Notes under the pieces: model-generated
Seen by the model: only the letters and a program-made list of their open reading frames with translations
What the model was told of the DNA's origin: nothing
Database searches by the model: none
In this document: positions 1 to 9,355 of the stretch, piece by piece
How the letters are laid out: each line of letters starts with the position of its first letter
Position numbering within the stretch: the first letter of the stretch is position 1
Position numbers and translations under genes: made by a program
Virus record (IMG/VR): IMGVR_UViG_3300040971_000022
Coordinates: 1-44,955 of that record
DNA length: 44,955 nt
Source of the DNA: a virus
Taxonomy: Duplodnaviria; Caudoviricetes
Strand: one strand, 5' to 3'

Positions 1-3000
1 TTGTAGTTGAGGTTTAATATCTTTAAAGTTTTCAGGAGTAGCTACAGTATTTACTTTATTAAGACCTTTTAAAAGATTAGTAAATTGTTTCTTAGCAGAA
101 TCAAAAGCCTCTCTAACAGTAATCTGTTCTCCTACCTCTTCAGCTTCTAGTAACTTAGCAAATACTGAATTAGTAATAGTAGAAGTAATAGCCTGTTGCT
201 TCTCAGCTGTAAAAGTATATTCTCCGTCACTAACTAAGTAACTATAAGCTAGTTCTGATATTTTACTTGCTTGTGGAACTCCTATAGCATAATCTCCAAC
301 AGTTAATCCAAAATCATCTCTTTTAATAGCATCCCTTTGTTCTTTAGCCCATTGATTAACAGGTATATTTGAAAGGGTTAACTCTATTTTATAACTGCCA
401 CTTTCTCCTATAGGATTAGCCTTATAACTATGTGAAGTGCCATTTTCTTTATTATATTTTGCTAGTTTGGTCGCAAATCTTTTTACACCTGCATTACTTA
501 ATACACCATTACCCTTTAACTTAGTCTTTAACTGAGACATAGTAGGATTAGGACTAATACTTATAGCAAAATCTCCTTCTCCAACTATATCAGATACATC
601 TAGCCCACTTAAATCTATAGTAGGTATTACAGGAGTATCTGGAGTTTGTTGTACAGGCTCTTTAGGTTTAGGATCTAGTTTATCTTCCTTATCCCATTTA
701 ATCTCTACTACAGGCTGTACTGCATATACAGCCTCTCCCTCATCTGTAGTTTTCTCTAGTACATCTGTAAGAAGGTTATCTGAAAGATATTCATTGAAAG
801 TGGACTCTGTAAAGTCAAGTACCCCATCCTTAGTTACTCTAGGTATAAAGAATTTATCCTGACTATTTATCATGGTAGTTCTAACAGTTATATGTAACTT
901 TGTTAGAGCTTCTACTAAAGGAGTAACCTGCTTATCAAATTCTTCTTGTACTTTAGGGTCACTAAAATCCTTTTCTCTAAATCTATTTAGTTGTACTTCT
1001 GCATGTTTAACAGAACTGGAAATTACTAAGGTTCCAGTTTCCATATCAAACCCTACTTTAGCGAATACAGAAGTATTCTTTCTTACATCCTCTACAGGGC
1101 TAAAATACATAAACTGCTCTAAATAATCTTTTAAAGCTTTTAATCCTTCAATACTTTGGTCAGTTTTAAATACTTTACCTGCTACCTCAGCATTCTTAGT
1201 CATATATCCTTTAATAACTTCTGCTATACCTTGAGCCACAGGAGTTGGTATTCTATTTAATTTTACAGGTCTAGGAATAAATACTCCAGCATTAGCAGAA
1301 GGAACCATCATTACAGTTGTACCTGGAGGGAATACCTCATCTACATTTTCAGGTTTTACTACAGTCATATTAGCAGGGAATCTTACATCCTTGTTAATCA
1401 TAAACCCTTTGTTAAACACTGTAAAAGGAGCTACACCTGGAGTATTAGCCCATATAGGTAACTTCAAAAATGTAGGCATATTAGTACTAATAGGATTCTT
1501 CTCTCTAACTCCATTAACTCTTTTAGAGGTAAGGAATAAACTACCTGGAGTAGAATTACTAACTTTAAAAGATAATTTAGTACCGTGTTCTACAGCAGCT
1601 ATTTCTCTCCTTAATTGCTGCATTTGTTCTACTTGAACATCTCCATTGCCTTCCATAGCCATTTCATCTGCTATGTTAACATAAGAACCATCTGCATTTT
1701 TTTCTCCTACCCAATATGTTGTTGGAAGATACCCTACCTTGGTGGTTACATCTCCTCTTTTTAATTCTACTTTTATAGGAAGATTATCTGGATCAGCTTT
1801 AAGTTGCCCATAGGTTCTTATTTCTGTTACAGCCTCTCCATCTTTAGTTAACCTCTGTCTACCATCTGTATAGGTATTTACTTCACCATTATACTCAGTG
1901 TCCACAGAAACAATTACTTCATCTCCAGGATTAAAATACTTCCAGCTGGATAGTAAAAGAGCTTCAGGATTCAGTACATCATCTGTAGTACTAAACTTTT
2001 CTCCTGTAGAAGTTTGTTTATGCCTTCTTACTAAGTTTATAATACCTATAGCATTCACCCTCTTCATTTGAGGAGTGATGCTTTCCATTTCTTCATTAAT
2101 ATTATCCTCAATATTCTCTATATCCTTATCTGATAGAGGAGGAGTATTACCATCTTCAAATGTTTCTACATCTGTAGGAAGATTTAGAAGAGTCATTAAA
2201 TCTGTATTATCTGGTTCTAGTCCAGAATCTTCTGTAATTTGTTCTTGTTCTAATGACGCTAATTCTGCATCATATTTATCATTTATTACACCCCTTGCAG
2301 ACATGTTATCAGTAGGGCGAACATTTTGTAATTCTTCTTTCCTTCTTCTTTCTATCTCATCTTTTTTAGCTTCAATACTAGAAGGAGTACTTTTAGTACT
2401 TTCTTTAGGAGTAAGCTCTTCTCTCCTTTTATTGATAGCAGCAAAATCAGGTTCTACACCTGCTTCTGTCATCTGGTCTATAATAGCATCTAGTTCTCTT
2501 TCATTAACAGCATTTACTATAAGACTATTCCAATCTACCTCTTTAGTATTAGTAGGTTCTATAGGTTCTGCTACAGGTTCTACAGGAGTAGTAGTTTGTT
2601 CTTCTACTTTAGCCTGTTCTATAATCTCTTGCCTCTTTTTAGTAGGCATTCTATCTATCTGAGCTTTAGTATAGCCTAAGTCTTTTAAAGTCTTTTCTTG
2701 GTCTAGAGTTTCTTTCTCTTTTAGTTCTTGGGCCCTTTTATTTACAGCTTCTCTTTGTAATTCTACCTCTTTATCTATCTTAGCTGCTTCCTTAGCAATA
2801 TTCTTTTTATCAGCCCTTCTGATAAGTTCATTATTAATACCTTCATTATAAGCTGTTAGTACTTGTGTTTTAGCCAAGTTCTTTACAGCTTCCATATTGA
2901 TATTACCTAGACTTACAGGTTTAACTGTAGTGTATTGTTTCTTTACCTCTGCTATACTGGCTAAAGATTCATCTATAGCCTTAGTAATAAATTCACTTCC

Positions 3001-5004
3001 CTTATTAACAACTTTAGTTTCCTTTAAACTTACCTCAGCCATCTGTAAAGCTAGTAATTTAATACTATTCATTACATCTGGATTATTAGCATTCTGAACT
3101 AGAAAAGGATCAGAGGCTAATATCTTATTATAGTTTGCTTGTAGAGACTGTAACTCCGATTGATTTTGTTGTAATTGTTGGTCTAAAGCTACATTCTGTT
3201 GAATAAGTATAGATTTAGCGGTTTGAGTTATTGGAGACTCAAATAGGTTCATATAATGCTTTTGGTAAAGCTTTTCAGCATTTTCCATTTGTTGTACAAA
3301 CTTATTTATCCTTTCAGATACATTAGTTTCATCAGCCATACCCATATCTATAAAGGTCTTAGCAGTCTTAGGATCTCTAGCCCACTGAGTATCTATATCC
3401 ATAGTACCTGCTTGAGAACTTCTGAGCCCTTTATCAAAGCCCATTCTTTCTATAACTAGTTCCTCTTCCCTTATTTTTTCTTCAGGGGTTAGTTTAGAGT
3501 AATCAGCAATAACATTACCCTCCATATCAGCAAGCTTCTCACCATTTCTTATAGCTGATATATTACTATTATATGCCTTTAGATGTTCACTCCTATTAGC
3601 TATTTCTGCTAGTTTTCTATTATTTATAGAGGCTCCAGCATCCATACCTATAGCTCTAGAAGCGCCTTTAAACATTACTCCTCCCAACATACCCCATATA
3701 AAGGCATCTTGTACTTCTTGTTCTCCTAAGTATCCTAATACCCTATCTGTAATAGTAGACCCGTCGTCATTTTCTACTCCAAGTTCTATTCTTGCAGCTC
3801 TTTCTCCTTCTATAGAAGATACACTATTTATTAATTCTTCTACACCTTCAGTCCATTCAGATAACCCTACTTTTGCAGGATCCCAAATTCTTTGTCCTAC
3901 TCTACCTGCCCAAGATTTAGGTAGTAATTTAGTTCCTGTAACTGTAGCATCATGTGCAGCTGCTACCTTACTACTAATAGAACCTCCTCTAGTAAGAGCC
4001 TTAAAAGGTCTTAGTACAGCCCCTAGTTGTAGTACATCAAAACCATAATTAATCCAGTTAGCATTGTAGGCCATTGCTGTACCCATCTGCTTTGCTGCCT
4101 CTATATCTTCTTCTAGTAATTTTGTATACTTGGCTCTTATAGCTTCCTGTCTAGCAATATTTTCCTGTGTAGCTGCTTGAGGATTCTCAGGATCAAATAT
4201 AACACCCGCTGCCATCATCTCCTCTTCCATAGCAGGTTTATACTTATTAACAAGTTTTTCCTGTTCTTCTGGAGTTAGTTGAAATCCTTGGTACAGTTCA
4301 GCAGCCTCTCTAAAATTTTCTGAATGTCTCATTGCTCCAGCTCCTAGTAATGTAGAAGCTATTGCAGAAGGAGTAGCTGCTAGTTTCATAGCTTTAGCCA
4401 CCCAACCTATACCTTTACTTACAGCCATTCCTGGTACCATCATACTAACAGCACTTACAGAGTATGTAAGCCCTTGCATATACCAACCCCAATCTCCAAA
4501 TCTTTCCCCTGTTTGGTATATAGGCATAGCTTCTCTAGAATAATCTGATATACCTTTACCTAATTCAAAGATAGCATTATCCCAAGTATTCTTTTCTCCT
4601 GTAAGATAGTTGTATATCATTTCTGGAGCCTCAACTAAAGCTCCTACAGACATTATAATACCTCCTAATACTTCTCCTAGAGCAGCTTGTCCTATAAAAG
4701 CACCTGTTTGTTCGTACCAAGGCTGAGATTGCGCTCTCCATTTTGCTAATCCCCCCTGTTCAGTAAGAACATCTAAAGGTATATTTTTATCGTACTTGGA
4801 ATCAGACACTCCTTTAAAAATATCTCCTACCTCTATATTAACTGGAGAAGTACTAAAAGATTTAAAATCTTGTTTTAAATCATTAAAAGGAATATTATCT
4901 TCTATTTTAACCCCCCCAGGAACATGTTCATCATAAGGAACAAAATTTCCAGTTTTAGCTAATTTACCAATCTCTTCTAACCTTTGCTTGGATATTTCAG
5001 ACAT
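1..5004 (-). CDS. Giant cargo/ejection protein, truncated by the window edge (at least 1668 aa); position corresponds to the crAss virion RNA polymerase/cargo polyprotein
   Basis: ATG at 5004 (MSEISKQRLEEIGK...) lies 6 nt after the stop of the 730-aa gene. Spot-checked stretches of the frame are stop-free down to position 1, and the ORF track reports no terminated minus-strand ORF here. The N-terminus has Gly/Ala-rich hydrophobic segments (GAFIGQAALGEVLGGIIMSVGALV; AVSMMVPGMAVSKGIGWVAKAM). No RNAP catalytic motif was recognised within the window. Confidence 0.85.
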   Translation of the reverse strand, partial: MSEISKQRLEEIGKLAKTGNFVPYDEHVPGGVKIEDNIPFNDLKQDFKSFSTSPVNIEVGDIFKGVSDSKYDKNIPLDVLTEQGGLAKWRAQSQPWYEQTGAFIGQAALGEVLGGIIMSVGALVEAPEMIYNYLTGEKNTWDNAIFELGKGISDYSREAMPIYQTGERFGDWGWYMQGLTYSVSAVSMMVPGMAVSKGIGWVAKAMKLAATPSAIASTLLGAGAMRHSENFREAAELYQGFQLTPEEQEKLVNKYKPAMEEEMMAAGVIFDPENPQAATQENIARQEAIRAKYTKLLEEDIEAAKQMGTAMAYNANWINYGFDVLQLGAVLRPFKALTRGGSISSKVAAAHDATVTGTKLLPKSWAGRVGQRIWDPAKVGLSEWTEGVEELINSVSSIEGERAARIELGVENDDGSTITDRVLGYLGEQEVQDAFIWGMLGGVMFKGASRAIGMDAGASINNRKLAEIANRSEHLKAYNSNISAIRNGEKLADMEGNVIADYSKLTPEEKIREEELVIERMGFDKGLRSSQAGTMDIDTQWARDPKTAKTFIDMGMADETNVSERINKFVQQMENAEKLYQKHYMNLFESPITQTAKSILIQQNVALDQQLQQNQSELQSLQANYNKILASDPFLVQNANNPDVMNSIKLLALQMAEVSLKETKVVNKGSEFITKAIDESLASIAEVKKQYTTVKPVSLGNINMEAVKNLAKTQVLTAYNEGINNELIRRADKKNIAKEAAKIDKEVELQREAVNKRAQELKEKETLDQEKTLKDLGYTKAQIDRMPTKKRQEIIEQAKVEEQTTTPVEPVAEPIEPTNTKEVDWNSLIVNAVNERELDAIIDQMTEAGVEPDFAAINKRREELTPKESTKSTPSSIEAKKDEIERRRKEELQNVRPTDNMSARGVINDKYDAELASLEQEQITEDSGLEPDNTDLMTLLNLPTDVETFEDGNTPPLSDKDIENIEDNINEEMESITPQMKRVNAIGIINLVRRHKQTSTGEKFSTTDDVLNPEALLLSSWKYFNPGDEVIVSVDTEYNGEVNTYTDGRQRLTKDGEAVTEIRTYGQLKADPDNLPIKVELKRGDVTTKVGYLPTTYWVGEKNADGSYVNIADEMAMEGNGDVQVEQMQQLRREIAAVEHGTKLSFKVSNSTPGSLFLTSKRVNGVREKNPISTNMPTFLKLPIWANTPGVAPFTVFNKGFMINKDVRFPANMTVVKPENVDEVFPPGTTVMMVPSANAGVFIPRPVKLNRIPTPVAQGIAEVIKGYMTKNAEVAGKVFKTDQSIEGLKALKDYLEQFMYFSPVEDVRKNTSVFAKVGFDMETGTLVISSSVKHAEVQLNRFREKDFSDPKVQEEFDKQVTPLVEALTKLHITVRTTMINSQDKFFIPRVTKDGVLDFTESTFNEYLSDNLLTDVLEKTTDEGEAVYAVQPVVEIKWDKEDKLDPKPKEPVQQTPDTPVIPTIDLSGLDVSDIVGEGDFAISISPNPTMSQLKTKLKGNGVLSNAGVKRFATKLAKYNKENGTSHSYKANPIGESGSYKIELTLSNIPVNQWAKEQRDAIKRDDFGLTVGDYAIGVPQASKISELAYSYLVSDGEYTFTAEKQQAITSTITNSVFAKLLEAEEVGEQITVREAFDSAKKQFTNLLKGLNKVNTVATPENFKDIKPQLQ

Positions 5005-5010
5005 AAATTA

Positions 5011-7203
5011 TTATTTAATTTTACGAGGTTCTATTTTTACAGTTTGACCTGTTCCTAAAACAAATTGATTTATTACTTGATTTACTAACCAATTAGGATC
5101 TATCCTCTGATTAGTTCCTTTTACAAGCATAATAGGCTCAATTTCTCCTTGGCTATTATACTCTTTAGAATACTCTAAAGGAATTCCTGCTAAGGTGCCC
5201 TCTCCAGAAGAGGTTCCAAGACCGTAAAATTCTTCTAATACTCTTGAAAGTTCTTTTAATACATCTGAACTTCCTTCATATAAAGCTTTAAAAGGAATAG
5301 GAACTCTTTTGTTAACACCTTTGTCATCTATATTAACAACTATATTACCTTTTCTTGGATCCACTTCAATATTACTTACCCTTTTATTACCTCTTTTGGC
5401 TATGGCATCCCTAAGTAGCGCATCTCCTCCTCTTTTTTCTTCCTTATTTTTATATGTACCGCTTAGAGCTCCTTTCTCAGAATATTTTATAGGAATATTT
5501 ATTCCTTCTTTCCCAAAATCAAAAGAAGATAATGCTTCTAATATATTACTTTGAGCATTAGGTTCTCCTATAATATAGTTCATATTATAGTATTGAGAAG
5601 CTTTTGTGCTATATTCCTGCACATCTTGCAGAAGCTGCTCAGTGCCTATTTCTGGATAGTTGGAAGCAATGTGCCTAACAGTAGGATTATTCTCTATAAT
5701 CTTTCTATTTTTTTCTGCTTGCTTTTCTATCTTCTTTTCTAGAGCCTCTTGAAATTTTTCTGTACTAATTGCATTAACAGTAGTCCACAAAGCTTTCTTT
5801 AAATTAACATGTGTAGGCTGTCCCGCCTGATCTTCTATAAAAGCTTCATAAAGTCCAGTATCTTCATTTATTTCTATATGTAATCTTTTTAATAGGTTTC
5901 TATTACTTTTAGTTTCTCCTGGAGATATTGCTGTGTAGGCATCCGCTAGAACATCCATATGAGGAAGAATATTTTTAGCCAGACTTTCATATAGTACTTG
6001 CTTTTCCTGAGATTCATCTGGAAGAGTTAGTATATTATTCATTCTTTTATAATCATAAGTAGGAGTACCCTCTGAAGTTATTGTGGTAATCCCCAATGTA
6101 CCTAAAGTATTATCTACATTTGCAGAAACCTGGATAGCTTGCCCACTACTAAGAATGCTATCTATTCCCTCGGATAAATTAGTAAAAGTTTTATTTACTT
6201 CGTCAGTAGTTCTATCTATATTTAGCCCTTGTTGTAGTCTTCTATTAAAAAGATTAAAATTTCCATTACCCGCCCCATCTCCATCTTTATCTCTACCATC
6301 TTGTATATACCTTCTATCTATCTGTTGTGCTACTTGCCCCTGTATAATAGGTGTAGCATATCTCATCAGCTGTTCATCAGAAGTATTAGTTCCTAATTCA
6401 TCCTGTAAGAAATCTACTTCTCCCCTAAGCTGTTGGGCCAACTCTTTTCCATAACTAGTTAATTCTCCTGTAGCTTTATTTTTAAATATTTGCTCTTCTA
6501 TTTGTTGAGGGCTAGTTCCAGATTTAGTAAGCTGAAATAAATATCCTGCTGTTTGACTATCTAGTAGGCCAGATTGTTCAGATTCTGCGTTTAAAGCCTT
6601 ACTAATATTCTGAGCTAAATACCCACTTAAATCAGAAGCACCCCTCAAAGTACCATATGTTCTAGGAGTATATTTACCTTTCTCATCAAAAGCTGGTCTA
6701 GCTGCATCAGAGTAGAATTCTTCAAACCCTAATGTTCTAGGGGCAATGTTTCCACTTTCATCTACTACACCAAAAGCTTGTGGAGCTTTACCCTGCTTAG
6801 CTAACTGTTGATATTGTTCAAAAGCTTTATCATATCTTTCTTTCTCTGCTCTAGCCTGTGCTAAAGGAGCTTTAGCAGCTGATAACCTCTTCACTATATC
6901 CATAGCAGCAGCTCCTCTATCTCCTTGATATTTATCTTTAACTAGGGTATCTATTTCATCAAAACTACTTTTTAAAAGATTTCCTACAGCTTGAGCATCC
7001 CCTTCTAGCATCTGAGTACCAGCCTGCTCTTCTAATAACTTGGCAATAGCAGCATCCTGCATATCCCATCTTTGTTGGTAATTCTGTAGTATTCCAGGCA
7101 TTTGTTGGGCTACCACATCATGCCCAAAATCTATTTGACCAAAATCTACCATTCCTGGTGGAACATACTCTGGTTGTGGTGTATACATTCTTCTTCTTGC
7201 CAT
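5011..7203 (-). CDS. Cargo (internal virion/ejection) protein, 730 aa
   Basis: Long helical ORF between cargo protein 1 and the giant ORF, matching crAss gene order muzzle-cargo1-cargo2-giant protein; basic termini. Confidence 0.65.
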   Translation of the reverse strand: MARRRMYTPQPEYVPPGMVDFGQIDFGHDVVAQQMPGILQNYQQRWDMQDAAIAKLLEEQAGTQMLEGDAQAVGNLLKSSFDEIDTLVKDKYQGDRGAAAMDIVKRLSAAKAPLAQARAEKERYDKAFEQYQQLAKQGKAPQAFGVVDESGNIAPRTLGFEEFYSDAARPAFDEKGKYTPRTYGTLRGASDLSGYLAQNISKALNAESEQSGLLDSQTAGYLFQLTKSGTSPQQIEEQIFKNKATGELTSYGKELAQQLRGEVDFLQDELGTNTSDEQLMRYATPIIQGQVAQQIDRRYIQDGRDKDGDGAGNGNFNLFNRRLQQGLNIDRTTDEVNKTFTNLSEGIDSILSSGQAIQVSANVDNTLGTLGITTITSEGTPTYDYKRMNNILTLPDESQEKQVLYESLAKNILPHMDVLADAYTAISPGETKSNRNLLKRLHIEINEDTGLYEAFIEDQAGQPTHVNLKKALWTTVNAISTEKFQEALEKKIEKQAEKNRKIIENNPTVRHIASNYPEIGTEQLLQDVQEYSTKASQYYNMNYIIGEPNAQSNILEALSSFDFGKEGINIPIKYSEKGALSGTYKNKEEKRGGDALLRDAIAKRGNKRVSNIEVDPRKGNIVVNIDDKGVNKRVPIPFKALYEGSSDVLKELSRVLEEFYGLGTSSGEGTLAGIPLEYSKEYNSQGEIEPIMLVKGTNQRIDPNWLVNQVINQFVLGTGQTVKIEPRKIK

Positions 7204-7207
7204 ATTT

Positions 7208-9292
7208 TTATCCTCTACGTGGTGTTCTTCTTATTTTATTTCCAATACCCCGGTTAGGGTTTCCATCTACAGTAAGTTCATAGTTAGGCTGCATCATTTG
7301 CATCATATTAGCTGCCTGAGAGCTTGAAGCTTTAGTGCTTAATGCTCCAGTAATTCCTTGTCCTATTTGACCTATACCACCAGCTAATTGATTATAATAA
7401 GCATCTAATGCTTGTTGCTCTTTTATATAATTTATTTCATCTGCTCTAGCCTGCATCTGTGCATTAAAAGTATCTGCAGATTGTCTAGAGGCTGCATTCT
7501 GAGTCTGCTCCTGTATATTAAGTTGATTGATACCTTCTCCTACACCTCTCTGTATTCCTGTCTCAGCTGCAATCATATTACTCATATATTGTCCAGGTGT
7601 AGTACTTGCCCCTCTAAGACCTCTACTAGTATTAGCTCTAGCAACATTACCTTGTTCTCTGATTCCAGCTCTGGCAGGTTCTAAATTAACTTGTTGTGCC
7701 ACTATTTGAGGAGCCTGCAATTTAGTCATATTCTCTGCAGCTCTTTTTCTACTTCTAGCCATAAGAATATTAGATATACCACTAGCAATACCTGGTATCA
7801 TTTGTAATCTAGTTTCTGTCCAAGTTTGTCCTTGATATAAATTTTTATCTGGAGCATCTTCTGGAGTACTGAAATCAGTAGAACCTGCTATTCCAAAATC
7901 TTGTCCCTGTCCTAGGGCATTAGAAGGATTTAATTCTACAGCATTAGAGGACGGTACCGTAGAATTACCTCTATAATAGTTTTGCCTTAGATTTTTATAG
8001 TCTAATTCTTCTGGTTGCCAGGTATTAAAAGAAGCTCTAGGATTAAAGTTGTATTTGGGATTTAAAAAAGAAGTATTTCCAGGAGTCCAACTTACTCCAT
8101 CATATTTAGGTAAATTCCCCCCAGTCCTCATCATAGGTTGTTCTTGTGGGGCTATTATATTTCTTAATTCTTCTTGTTTTTTAACAAGGTCTTGCATTTC
8201 TTTATCATAACCTTTCTTAGCTATAGGGTCAACTATTACTCCTTCAGACATTCTCATTTTATATTTAGCCTGAATATCTTTAGCTTTCTTAGCGAAAGTT
8301 TTACCTTTCCTTAATTCTAGTTGGTCAGAGAATATATAGTCTCCTTCTCCAGTATCATACTTAACTTCCCCCTTTTCTACTAAAGCTACAGGATTCTGAG
8401 CATTTGGATTACCCTGAGCATCTACAGGAACTCCACCATCAGGGCCTTCATGTAGTTGTCCACCATAATTTATGGTGCCTCCCATAGCCATTTGTTGAGG
8501 TTCAGAATCTTTTAAATATTTGCTGTATGGACCTATAAACTTTTCTCTATGGGTATCCACAAAAGAAGCCCAGTCGGCTGCTTTTACTTTTTCAAGGGGG
8601 GTATTAACTCTACCTTCATTTGCTCTAAGATCAAATCCTATTTCATAACCACCATTATATTCGCTATAAGGATCATAAATTTTACGTAAATGATATATTT
8701 GATCTGGAAAACTGGTATGCTGTAAGGCTACGTTAGAATCACCTGCAAAATATGCTTCCATATCCTCTGTAGTCTCCCCTCTCAATCTTCTCATACTATT
8801 AGAAACAGATTCTGTTGGGGGTACATATGCTCTAGGATTTGACGGTAAAGCACTTTCTGTTTGATGCTTGGGAAGTTTACCTCCCCTACGTCTTGTAGGA
8901 ACATAATTTACTAAAGGATTTTGATTTAGTTTATTTTGTAGATTTGTATTAGCCGTATTTAAAGCATTTTGTTCTTTAATTTGTTGCTCTTGTAGTTCCA
9001 TTTGTTCTTTCTGCCCAGCTGTTTCTGCAAAACCTGAAGCCCCAGAACTCATCATTCCTACTCCAGCTCCTGCCAGGGCCGCTCCAGCAGGAGCTCCTAT
9101 TCCTGTAGCAATTAGTCCTGTTCCTACAGCTGTCGCTAACCCTCCACCTACAGTTTGAACTAGATTGCCTGCATTATCCTTTAGCCAACTACCTAATCCC
9201 ATCTGCTCCAGTTGTTCTGGAGTAATGTTCTTTATATCCTCATAGGTAAGCTGTTGTTTCTTCTTAGATGTTCTCCTATTTCTTTGTGCCAT
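7208..9292 (-). CDS. Cargo protein 1-like internal virion protein, 694 aa
   Basis: Gly/Ala-rich hydrophobic N-terminal segment, the GGQLHEGPDGGVPV...ALVEKGEV...YIFSDQL block typical of crAss cargo protein 1, and a Gln-rich helical C-terminus; directly follows the muzzle gene. Confidence 0.75.
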   Translation of the reverse strand: MAQRNRRTSKKKQQLTYEDIKNITPEQLEQMGLGSWLKDNAGNLVQTVGGGLATAVGTGLIATGIGAPAGAALAGAGVGMMSSGASGFAETAGQKEQMELQEQQIKEQNALNTANTNLQNKLNQNPLVNYVPTRRRGGKLPKHQTESALPSNPRAYVPPTESVSNSMRRLRGETTEDMEAYFAGDSNVALQHTSFPDQIYHLRKIYDPYSEYNGGYEIGFDLRANEGRVNTPLEKVKAADWASFVDTHREKFIGPYSKYLKDSEPQQMAMGGTINYGGQLHEGPDGGVPVDAQGNPNAQNPVALVEKGEVKYDTGEGDYIFSDQLELRKGKTFAKKAKDIQAKYKMRMSEGVIVDPIAKKGYDKEMQDLVKKQEELRNIIAPQEQPMMRTGGNLPKYDGVSWTPGNTSFLNPKYNFNPRASFNTWQPEELDYKNLRQNYYRGNSTVPSSNAVELNPSNALGQGQDFGIAGSTDFSTPEDAPDKNLYQGQTWTETRLQMIPGIASGISNILMARSRKRAAENMTKLQAPQIVAQQVNLEPARAGIREQGNVARANTSRGLRGASTTPGQYMSNMIAAETGIQRGVGEGINQLNIQEQTQNAASRQSADTFNAQMQARADEINYIKEQQALDAYYNQLAGGIGQIGQGITGALSTKASSSQAANMMQMMQPNYELTVDGNPNRGIGNKIRRTPRRG

Positions 9293-9308
9293 AACTAGTT
9301 ATCTTTAG

Positions 9309-9340
9309 CAAATTTAAACTATTATATTGTAACTTCCAAA
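9309..9340 (-). promoter_or_regulatory. Bacteroidota housekeeping-sigma promoter for the cargo genes
   Basis: TTTG (9340-9337) - 20 nt - TAAATTTG (9316-9309), intergenic, just upstream of ATG 9292. Confidence 0.75.
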
Positions 9341-9355
9341 TTTTTTACTAATTAT

